This document shows positions 27,330 through 38,800 of a DNA stretch of 64,000 nt, piece by piece (the stretch's first letter is position 1; every line of letters begins with the position of its first letter). The notes under the pieces are model-generated. The model made no database searches and was not told where the DNA came from. It saw only the letters and a list, made by a program, of their open reading frames with translations. Origin of the DNA: Malacoraja senta (taxonomy: Eukaryota). Location of the stretch: the NCBI GenBank assembly GCA_038087875.1, contig CM075988.1, forward strand, positions 26,228,001-26,292,000, read 5' to 3'. Made by a program: the position numbers and the translations under genes.

Positions 27330-27575
27330 TTGATCACCCATTCACACCAGTTCCACATTATTTAACGTTCGTATCCACTTCCAACACATTAGGGACAATT
27401 TTGTAAATTAACCTACAAACCTGCACGTGTTTGGAATGTAGGAGGAAACCAGAGCACGCAGAGAAAGTACATGTGGTAACAAGGAGAACGCATAATCTCC
27501 ACACAGAGGTAGGGATCAAACCCAGGTCTCTGGTGCTGTGAGGCGGCTGCTCTACTGGCTGCGCCACTGTGCTGA
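27330..27575 (-). mobile_element. HE1-type V-SINE
   Basis: Reverse of gcacagtggcgcagccagtagagcagccgcctcacagcaccagagacc...V domain. Confidence 0.8.
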
Positions 27576-27694
27576 CCAGTTTGAGAACCTGCCATCTTGT
27601 TTGCGGTATGATGCAATATCGACATGCGGGAGGAACGGGGGCAGTCTGGTGCTTCCCTTCCTTCAGATAGACAATGAAGAACAAGGAATTGTAG

Positions 27695-27940
27695 TTAGAC
27701 AAAAGTGCTGGAGAAACTCAGCGGGTGCAGCAGCATCTATGGAGCGAAGGAAATAGGCAACGTTTCGGGCCGAAACCCTGAAGGAAATAGGCAACGTTTC
27801 GGGCCGAAACCCGGAAGGGTTTCGGGCCGAAACGTTGCCTATTTCCTTCGCTCCATAGATGCTGCTGCACCCGCTGAGTTTCTCCAGCACTTTTGTCGAC
27901 CTTCGATTTTCCAGCATCTGCAGTTCCTTCTTAAAAAAAT
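27695..27940. mobile_element. Fold-back (inverted-arm) Penelope-type short element
   Basis: About 80-bp near-perfect inverted arms; 8-bp direct repeat AATTGTAG at 27687-27694 and 27941-27948. Confidence 0.8.
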
Positions 27941-28164
27941 AATTGTAGATGCTGGTTTAAACCGAAGAGAGACACAAAAAAGCTGGAGTAACTCAGCAGG
28001 TCAGGCAGGATCTCTGGAGAGAAAGGACAAGTTGACTCTGGATGATATCCCTGCGTGCCACTACCATTCTTCACTAATTCTAATGAGTGCCGTCAGTAAT
28101 AAAAACGGTGATTTTCAATATATCCTGTAAAGTTGTAAACAAACCTACACAGAAGTAAACGTTT

Positions 28165-29047
28165 GGGGTGGGAGATTGCAACCTTCATGTGGTCCGCCCT
28201 GTTTCGACCAAAGATACCAGAGTTTCTTTGGTTTCGACGAATGCAATCAACCCGGCGTGCACAATCAAATAAGATCAAATAGAACAAGTTGTCCTACAAC
28301 TTTAGGCTGTGCTCACCATACGCAAGCAGAAGTGAACTTCTACCGCTGCACCATCGAGAGCATCCTTACCAACTGTATCACAGTATGGTATGGCAACTGC
28401 TCTGTCTCCGACCGGGAAGCACTGCAGAGGGTGGTGAAAATTGCCCAACGCATCACCGGTTCCTCACTCCCCTCCATTGAGTCTGTCCAAAGCAAGCGTT
28501 GTCTGCGAAGGGCGCTCAGCATCGCCAAGGACTGCTCTCACCCCAACCACAGACTGTTTACCCTCCTACCATCCGGGAGGCGCTACAGGTCTCTCCATTG
28601 CCGGACCAGCAGGTCCAGGAACAGCTGCTTCCCTGCGGCTGTTACACTACTCAACACTGTACCTCGGTGACTGCCAATCACCCCACACTCCTCCCACCAG
28701 GAAAAATACTGTCCCCTCCCCCTCATCAGCCCTCTGGTTGTCTCCTCCCATCCCCCAGCCCTCGGGCTCCTCCTCCGCCTTTTTTCCTTTCTTCTCCCCA
28801 CCCCCTATCAGTCTGAAGAAGGGGTTCGCCCGAAACGTTGCCTATTTCCTTCGCTCCATAGATGCTGCTGCACCCGCCGAGTTTCTCCAGCATTTTTGTG
28901 TACCTAGGAAAAATACTATGACTGTATGCACGTAAATAGATTTATTTATTGCTCATATTTATGTCGCTCTTCTAGGGAGATGCTAACTGCATTTCGTTGT
29001 CTCTGTACTGTACACTGCACAATGACAATAAAGTTGAATCTGAATCT
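28165..29047 (+). mobile_element. Nested retroelements: short element with AAG-like end (28165-28330), Rex1/Babar 3' end (28331-29047), and a Penelope-type insert (28711-28905)
   Basis: Peptide VNFYRCTIESILTNCITVWYG...LLPSGRRYRS...RNSCFPAAVTLLN and (TCTGAA)n tail. Outer direct repeat GAAGTAAACGTTT at 28152 and 29048; inner AGGAAAAATACT at 28699 and 28906. Confidence 0.85.
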
Positions 29048-29449
29048 GAAGTAAACGTTTAGCATTTACTTTTCTGGTGGCACTGATTAAATCTAGTGTA
29101 ATTCTAGTGCACCCAATCCCTTTTTAACTAAATGGATTATTATTTAACTAAACCTAACTCTAACCCTTTTAGAAAATTGTTTAATAGTGTTTCACGAAAA
29201 TTATTGAATATTGACATAACAATATTTACAAAAATTATGACACAGATTTCATTTTCCCAATACATGGGATAATTGATGATCCGAAACGTGGACTATCCCT
29301 CTATCTCCACAGACGCTGCCCGACCCTCTGTGTTCCTCCAGCACTTTATTTTTCTGTTCCAGATTCCGACTTTTCTGTATCCATTCAAAAATGCAGAACA
29401 CTTATATATTGCCAATGTGGAGTTTTAAATGGTTTGTGTTATGTGAAGG

Positions 29450-29756
29450 GCAGATTTCGCTTTCGTCGCCCTATTTACACCGGCCGGCCGGGAATAGGTC
29501 CAAGAAGCTCTTCCTCTGCGTGCATCCCGTGCTGGTGAGCTCAGTGCAGCAGCTTCAGGGAGAGTTTGAAGAAAACTCCCCGCTACTGGTGATTACTGGC
29601 CGCGGTTGTGGAGGCGGAAGCGGATTGTCCTTCCCTCCTCCCTCCTCCCTCCCACGCTTATACCTGCCCCGGGGCCAGGCTGGCTGGCGTAGTACACTGA
29701 GGGCTGAAGGCGGGGTATACTCTCTGGATATCTCATCACTGGAACAGCAAAGGGCA
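29450..29756 (+). promoter_or_regulatory. CpG-enriched promoter/5' UTR of the IL10RA-like gene
   Basis: Local CpG enrichment, ETS-like GCGGAAG near 29613, GC box near 29709, kB-like GAAAACTCCCC at 29571, directly upstream of the signal-peptide exon. Confidence 0.55.
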
Positions 29757-29805
29757 ATGGAACTTGTGATCCCAACTCTCCTGTCACTGGCCATCACTCT
29801 CGCCG
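29757..29805 (+). CDS. IL10RA: IL10RA-like exon 1 (signal peptide)
   Basis: gcaATGG; MELVIPTLLSLAITLA G|gtaggt, phase 1. Confidence 0.75.
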
Positions 29806-32800
29806 GTAGGTTCATTCATCTGCTAAAGCGATCTTCTCGGCAAAATGCGAAAACTTTCAAGTTGCTGTAGAATTTTTTGATCACATTTTATCCTGTCGTG
29901 TCGATCATTAACTCAGCAATGAAACGTGTTGAAATGAGAGAATTTGAGGAGTGGCGTTAGTTGGTGTTTCCTGTGTGCAGTTGATCCTGCTGATTAGGAC
30001 TTAGTTACAGCTAAAGGGATATGGGGAAAAAGCAGGAACGGGGCACTGATTGTGGATGACCAGCCATCATCATATTGAATGGCGGTGCTGGCTCGAAGGG
30101 CCGAATGGCCTGCTCCTGTACCTATCTTCTATGTTTCAAGGCAGGGGCGGTCTGAAGAAGGGTCTCGACCCGAAACGTCACCCATTCCTTCTCTCCAGAG
30201 ATGCTGCCTGTCCCACTCAGTTACTCCAGCATTTTGTGTCTCTCTGCAGGGTCGCTTAATTTGGCCACAAAAATTCAGCCAAATGAGTATTCCCTGAAAT
30301 GCAATCTTCGCCCTGTGTAACGTAGCAATGCTCCGTGTTATTGATCCGATAGTCTTTTGTTTAATGTTAATGAAGGACAAACTCTCCAGAGGAGGACACT
30401 GCCGCGGGGAATGCGGTTGTACCACGCCGTGGTTTCACTCACCTCCACCAGAGAGAGGGACACGATTGTTGCTTTAAACTCTCACAAGCTCGGAGATTCA
30501 CCGAATCTTGATTAGTACGGGTGTCAGGAGTTATGGGGAGAAGGCAGGAGAACGTGTAGGAAGGAACTGCAGATGCTGGTTTACACCGAAGATAGACACA
30601 AAAAGCTGGAGTAACTCAGCGGAGTAAACGCCACCCATTCTATCCAGAGATGCTGCCTGACCCACTGAGTTACTCCGGTATTTTGTGTCTATCTTCGGCA
30701 GGAGAATGTGGTTGGGAGAGAGGGATTGAATGGGGGAGTAGTCTTGACGTGCCGAATGGCCTAATTCTGCTCCTATCACATGAACTCACAACTGTACACA
30801 CCCGGGTTAGCTAGCTGCACCCTGCGCCTGAGCCTCTAGAGGCGACTTTGAATTTAAAAGGCAGTGTTAGCTGAAGGAAGGATTTGGTTTTTAAATTACG
30901 GAAGCATAGAAACATAGAAAAATAGGTGGAGGAATACGCCACTCGGCCCTTCGAGCCATATAATCATGGCTGGTCATCTAAAATCAGTTAAAAGATCATA
31001 AAAAGAGAGTTAGATAGAGCTCTTAGGGCTAACGGAATCAGGGGATATGGGGAGAAGGCTGGGACGGGATACTCATTGCGGATGATCAGCCATGATCACA
31101 TTGAATGGCAGTGCTGGCTCGAAGGGCTGAATGGCCTACTCCTGCACCTATTGTCTATGTATCTAAGTACCCCGTTCCTGCTTTTTTCCCATATCCCTTG
31201 ATTCCTTTAGCTCTAAGAGCTAAATCTAACTCTTGAAAACATCCAGTGAATTGACCTCCACTGCCTTCTGTGGCAGAGAATTCCACAGATTCACAACTCT
31301 CTGCGTGTAGAAGTTTTTCCTCATCTCAGTGCTAAACTGTGACCCCTGGTGCTGGACTCCCCCAACATTTGGAACATTTTTTCCTGCATCCAGCCTGTCT
31401 TAAAATCCTTTAAGAATTTTATGTTTCAATAAGATCCCCTCTCATCCTTCTAAATTCCAGTGAATACAAGCCCAGTCGACCCATTCCTTCATCATATGTC
31501 AGTCCTGCCATCCCGGGAATGAACCTGGTGAACCTACAATGCACTCCCTCACGCCACCCATTCCTTCTCTCCAGAGATGCTGCCTGTCCCGCTGAGTTAC
31601 TCCAGCTTTTTGTATCTATCTTAGGTTTAAAACAGTATCTGCAGTTCCTTCCTACACATAATGTGTGATATGATTTGCCAAGGCCCAAGCAATGATCTCA
31701 CTAGTTTTCATCTACCACTCCATTTAATCCTGTTTTCTCTCTTCTGTCTCTTCTCAACTAGTCTTCACTCCATGTTCCATGCACCTCATTTTACCTTCAT
31801 ATGGGTCTTTACCAAAGACTTTACGAAAATCCAATTACGCCACGTCTACTGGTTTTCTCCCATCTGTAGTTACACCTTCACAAAATTCCAACAGTCAATG
31901 CACATAACACCATGAATAAGAGATAATTCCATGAATCACCGTGAGAAACAGGAACACTGGATGGTGCTTCCTCCACCTTCCTTTCCATCCCAACATAGCG
32001 TGCTGCAACAGATCCCATTTCCCAATTCTTTTGCTAGGGTCCAGTCAACTCTAATCTGCACTGATCCTGAGGATCTTTGGTATTCACCTATGCACAAAGC
32101 AGGGACGTTTGGTGGTAAATAGTAACAAAAGGTCAGACGGGATTATTAGTAAACCCGATAAGGTTTTGTTTACGTGACAATCAGGCAGCTACTAACATGC
32201 AGAGTTATTGAATTCACTTTAATTACTTGCCACAATAGGTAGGCAGCACACAAACCACAACAAGAAGACAGCTGATAAAGATCTGCACATGATAGGTGTG
32301 AAGAGGAACAAATTAGTTAAGACAAATGTGGGTCCCTTGAAGACAGAAACGGGTGAATTTATTATGGGGAACAAGGAAATGGCAGACGAGTTGAACAGGT
32401 ACTTTGGATCCATCTTCACTAAGGAGGACACAAATAATCTCCCAGATGTACTAGTGGCCAGAGGATCTAGGGTGACGGAGGAACTGAAGGAAATTCACAT
32501 TCGTCAGGAAATGGTGTTGGGTAGACTGATGGAACTGAAGGCTTATAAATCCCCAGGTCCTGGTGGTCTGCATCCCAGGGTACTCAAGGAGGTGGCTCTA
32601 GAAATCATGGACGCATTGGTGATCATTTTCCAATGTTCTATAGATTCTGGATCAGTTAGTGTGGATTGGAGGGTAGCTAATGTTATCCCACTTTTTAAGA
32701 AAGGAGGGAGAGAGAAAGCAGGGAATTATAGACCAGTTAGCCTGACATCGGTGGTGGGGAAGATGCTGGTGTCGATTATTAAAGAGGTAATAGCGGCACA

Positions 32801-35800
32801 TTTGGATAGCAGTAACAGGATTGGTCCAAGTCAGCATAAATTTACGAAGGGGAAATAATGCTTGACAAGTCTTCTGGAATTTTTTGAGGGCGTAACAAAT
32901 AAAATGGACAAGGGAGAGCCAGTGGATGTAGTGTACCTGGACTTTCAGAAAGCCTTTGATAAGGTTCGACACAGGAGATTGGTGGGTGAAATTACAGCAC
33001 ATGGTATTGGGGGTAGGGTACTGACATGGATAGAAAATTGGTTGGCAGGCAGGAAACAAAGAGTAGGGATTAACGGGTCCCTTTCAGAATGGCAGGCAGT
33101 GGGGTGCCGCAAGGCTCGGTGCTGGGACCCAGCTATTTACAATAAACATTAATGATTTAGATGAAGGAATTAAAAATAACATTAGTAAATTTGCAGATGA
33201 CACAAAGTTGGGTGGCAGTGTGAACTGTGAGGAGGTGGCAATGAGGATGCAGGGTGACTTGGACAGGTTGGGTAAGTGGGCAGATGCATGGCAGTTGCAG
33301 TTTAATGTGGATAAATGTGAGGTTATCCACTTTTGTGGCAAAAACAGGAAGGCAGATTATTATCTGAATGGTGTCAGGTTAGGAAAAGGCGAAGTACAAT
33401 GAGACTTGGGTGTCCTTGTACATCAGTCACTGAAAGTAAGCATGCAGGTACAGCAGGCAGTGAAGAAAGCGAATGGCATGTTCACCTTCATAACAAGAGG
33501 AGTTGAGTATAGGAGCAAAGAGGTGCTTCTGCAGTTGTACAGGGCCCTGGTGAGACTACACCTGGAGTATTGTGTGCAGTTTTGGTCTCCAAATTTGCGG
33601 AAGGACATTCTTGGTATTGAGGGAGTGCAGCATAGGTTCACAAGGTTAATTCCCGGGATGGCGGGACTGTCATATGATGAGAGAATGGAGTGACTCGGCT
33701 TGTATTCACTGGAATTTAGAAGGATGAGAGGGAATCTTATGGAACCATATACAATTATTAAGGGATTGGACATGCTAAAGGCAGAAAACATGTTCCCAAT
33801 GTTGGTGGAGTCCAGAACCAGGGGCCACAGTTTAAGAATAAGGGGTAGGCCAAATAGAACTGAGATGAGGAAAAACCTTTTCACACAGAGAGTTGTGAAT
33901 TTGTGGAATTCTCTGCCTCAGAAGGCAGTGGAGGCCGATTCAGTTGATACATTCAAAAGAGAGTTGGATAGAGGTTTTAAAGATAGCGGAATCATGGGGT
34001 ATGGGGGGAAGGCAGGAACGGGGTACTGATTGTGGATGATCAGCCAGGATCTCATTGAATGGCGGTGCTAGCTCGAAGGGCCAAATGGCCTACTCTTGCA
34101 CCTATTGTCTATATCTATGTAGATCTGTAATATTAGATTCATAGAACCATACAGCATGGAAATGGGCCCCTCAACCTAACATCTATGCGGACCAAGATGC
34201 CTCATCTAAGCTAGTCCCATTTGCCGCATTTGGTTCACATCCCTCTAAACCTCTCCTATCCATGTACCTGCATAAGTGTTTTTTAAATGCTGTTATAGTA
34301 CCTTGATTTCCCAACCCTGGGCAAAAGAGTCTGCGCATTCACTCGATAAGCGAATTCCCCACATTATTTTATTATGATATAGTTTAACAGGGAACAGGTG
34401 GAAAAGGTGTTTCCACTTCAGAGAAACTCTAAGACTAGGAATCAATAATGACATAATTACTTGCTCATGAATGGGTGACTCTACCTGCAGAGTGACTAGA
34501 GAGCTAGACATATGACTGTTGGGTCCCGGAAGTGAATGTAATGCTGGTACATTTGTGAGTAAGCCATGTAGATGAGATAGAGAAGATTGGGTTTCCTGGT
34601 GACGGAGCACAAACAATGGCATGTATTGTACGGTAAAAGGTATGTTTCTGAGTTCTCAATTTTATATATTCTATATAAATAACGAGTATTGCAAACATCG
34701 TGTCCCCTGGCTGCCGTAAAAGACCACACACAATCATTTGTGCCAAGGTAAAACCGCCATCACTATTAACACGATTAGAGCTGTGAGCCTCATATGGATA
34801 TATTCCAGTCCTGTTTCTCCTGCTACCCCACCCCATCTCCCTCCAGCTAAGTCGCACGCACCAGGGGTTGTTGCAAAGGCCTTCTACAGACTTGTCGAAC
34901 AAACTATTGTTGAATTGCAGATTTTGTTTTTGCCTTGGGAATTGCAACGTGAACGAGGTGGAACCAAACGTTATGTTTTCTGGTCTACATAGAGTAATAG
35001 GTTGTCTTTCTTTGGTATCATTGGGCCCACATTATCTCCACGTACTGCATATACGGTTGAATTTTCCTAGTGTAAATCATGGCAGGAATTACATAAGAGC
35101 CTTGTGTCATACAAGACCAAATGTAATTATTTGCACAACGCATTGATATATTTGTGCACAATTCCACACACTGATTGCTGCATGTTTTTTTCTGTTGCTC
35201 TCTGCTCATTGTATTCCCCTCTTGGGTCTTTAACTTTCTATCCCGCCTAAGAGAAATGATTTGAAAAAATGTGCGGAAGTACAGAGCAATTCTAATTGTG
35301 TGAAACACCATTGACAATCAACCTGTGGAGTGAACTTGCATTGATTATTGGAATTATTGTTTTAACTTTTTTTACAGCAGCTGAACTCATCCTGCAGCCC
35401 CCTTTATATCCTCATTTTAATTCTGTGAATACTGAAAACATCTTTCACTGGAGTCCAGCAGAGAATGGTCCACAACACATCCGATATGACGTGCAGTACC
35501 ACAGGTAAGAGAATCTCGTTGTCTCATAGCCAACATGGTGATCGATGAGGATATGTGAAGGTTCTAATGCAGCAACTGCATTAAGCTCAGTGAATCTGTT
35601 ACTGGCTTTACCTTGCACTAAACATTATTCCCTTATCATGTATCTATACACTGTAAGTGGCTCAATTGTAATCATGTATTGTATTTCCGCTGACTGGTTA
35701 GCACGCAACAAAAGCTTTTTACTGTATCTCGGCACACGTGACAATAAACTGAACTGAACTGAATTGAACTGGCATATGATTGGCGTGAACTGGTGGATAC

Positions 35801-38800
35801 GTGGACAATGTGAGCTCTGTAATGCGGGCAGGGGCTGGGGTGCCTGTAATACAACAAGCAGCACTTATTCTAATTGTTTCAACTGTGACTATTTGTTTTT
35901 GGAATCAGGGAGCATGCAGACAGGGTATCAATCAGTGCAAGCTGTATTGTGGACCAAGCATCCAAAGTTAGCAGCACCCAGTAGACCCCAGTCAGTGGCA
36001 GGCAGCTCTGTCCAGAGCACGCCTCACATTCTTCCCGGGGCACCGTATGCAACACAGTTTATAGGCCCTATCTCACACTCTGCCTTTTCATCTCAGGCCT
36101 TTATCCAACCAAATCTGCCAGTCATAAACACCCCTCATCCGTATCCACCTATCACTTCCCACAAAAAAAAAAGACAAAATGTGCTGGAGTAACTCAGCGG
36201 GTCAGGCAGCATCTGTGGAGAACATGGATAGGTGACGTTTCACAGAGTGCTGGAGTAACTCAGCGGGTCAGGCAGCATCTGTGGAGCGAAGGAAATGGGC
36301 AACCTTTCGGGCCGAAACCCTGAAGGAAATAGGCAACGTTTCAGGCCAAAACCCGGAAGGGTTTCGGGCCGAAACGTTGCCTATTTCCTTCGCTCCATAG
36401 ATGCTGCCGGAACATGGATAGGTGATGTTTCACAGAGTGCTGGAGTAACTCAGCAGGTCAGGCAGCATCTGTGGGGAACATGGATAGGTGACATTTCACA
36501 GAGTGCTGGCGTAACTCAGCGGGTCAGGCAGCATATCTGGAGAACATGGATAGGTGATGTTTTGGGTCAGGACTCTTCCTCAGATGCCAGGTTTTGTCCC
36601 ACCTCTATTGCAGCTTTCTTCCACCCGCTACAATCAGTCTGAAGAAGGGTCCCGAACCAAAATGTCACCTGACCCTGTTCTCCAGAGATATTGCATGACC
36701 TGCTGAGTTACTCCAACACTTTTATCTCTTTTTAGATAGCACATGAGGCTGTGTCTCCTTCTTTCCCCTCATAACTTCTAATTGAAAACGTCACATTACA
36801 CATTTTGCAGCATTAATTTTATGCTTTCAGAGTTAATTTGCCAGGTTAATCAATGTTGGCCTGGAGACCATAGTACAACCCCTTCATTATTTACCACAGT
36901 TGAGTTATGGGTCATCCTGCTTAATCTGGACCAGGTGGAAAGCTAGGTGTAATAGGAATTGTACGTTTCCAGATGAACAATTCACATCACATTTGGGCAG
37001 AGATTCAGTGGAGGTCTGAGCCAGTGAAAGAACTGAAATAGCTTTATGTAGGGACTAACATGATGACTCAGAACATGCCTGTATCAAAGAAATTCAAGTT
37101 TGATTTACTCAATATTTCAGTATTTTACGGTTAACTTCCTGATTTATCAATATTTTGTTAATATTGACTTTCACTGACGCTGTTTCGTGTATTTGTGTTG
37201 CAAAGGCGCTATATAAATCCAATCCATTATTATTATTATTAATGTTGGGAATGCCTGATTGTGGAAATGTTAAAACACGCACACAGTGATCATGAATCTT
37301 GCGTGTGATTACGCACTCATCTCAGCAACGTGGTTTAAACTGAGAAGTAAACGGTGACGTGAAGAACTGTGTCAACACAGCACTCTAACTAGAACACTAT
37401 ATGCCAGCCTCAGAAACTACAGCAGGAAAGTCCGAAAATCACCAATAAAGCCAGCATTCTGTCACTAATCCCCAGTAACCCTCGAGAAGGTGTTGAGCCC
37501 ACTTGTACTGTGAGATGTTTCGGAATTATAAGGGCTAAAGCAGCCTTTAAATGCACTTTGATTATGCTCTTCCGAACATAGACCCGAATATAGACACAAA
37601 AAACTGAAGTAACTTACCGGGTTAGGCAGAATCTCTGTTGAAAAGGAATAGGTGACGTTTCGGGTCGAGAATCTTCTTAAGACTTCTTGTTCCTGGTTTG
37701 GCCCCGAGTCATCCATTACATGTAAACACATCCACCATTATTGTGAAAAAACCTATTCTTACCAGGTCTGTTTGCGAGTTAAGTGTAAAAACCACAATTG
37801 ACATTGTCTATCTGTAAAACTGTAATTCTCAGTATTCTGACCAAGTCCATTTGCAAGTCGTTGCAATGACTTGGGGTTTCCCATTCCACCACTAAGCCTT
37901 TACTGCGGAGAGCCAAACCTTCAGTGCGCAAGGATCAGGGTAATTGGACAATAATACTCTGCGGCCTGCTGTGAAAATGGTGTTGACTTAGTCAGATTAC
38001 AGGATTAATGGTTCTGCCAAAGTGTCTGAAGAAGGGTCTCGACCTGAAATATCACCCATTCCTTCTCTCCAGAGATGCTGCCTGTCCTGCTGAGTTACTC
38101 CAGCTTTTTGTGTCTATCTGCCAAAGTGATGTTGTGTCGCCATATTAATACAATGTTTTGCATGCCCAGAGTGGAAATGTTTAAGGTAATTTCAAAGTAT
38201 TAGACTTTTCTCAACAGAGCACCTTTAGAAAACACACAACTGGTATCATGATTGATACACACAACTTTGGACGCCACATTAATGTCATATAAAAAATACC
38301 CGCATGAAACTAATGCCTTTCAAATGCCCTTTCAGCATGGCCAAATCACATTGAAATATAGTTACTGTTTAATGTGGAGAACACAGCAGTGTACTGCAAG
38401 CTCACATAGACAGCAATGCGGAAAAGAGTAGATTGATTGAGAGATATAGCATGGAAACAGGCCCTTCAGCCCTCCGAGTCCATCCCGATCATCGATCACC
38501 CATTCACGGCAGTTCTGTTTTCCCACTTTTGCATCCACTCCCTACACACTCAGGGCAATTTACAGAACTGATTAAACTACAAACCCGCACGTCTTTGGGA
38601 TGTGGGAGGAACCCATGCTGTCACGTGGAGATCGTGCAACCAACACATAAAGTTCACCCGAACACCACACAGACAACACCCAAAGTCAGAATCGAACCTG
38701 GGTCTGGGGCACTGTGAGGCAGCAGCTCTACCCGCTGCATCACCATCTTTCTACATTTCCACTGCGTTTACTGGTGGGTTGTATGAAGGTTGGTTTGGAC

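Noticed and set aside
28331..28670. ALKBH8 N-terminal-like (DUF1891) host gene
   Set aside because: It is the C-terminus of a Rex1/Babar LINE ORF, with its own 3' tail.
29391..29756. N-terminal extension of the IL10RA-like exon 1 ORF
   Set aside because: GC-rich promoter/UTR with no recognisable protein features; ATG 29757 has a good Kozak context and gives a signal peptide.
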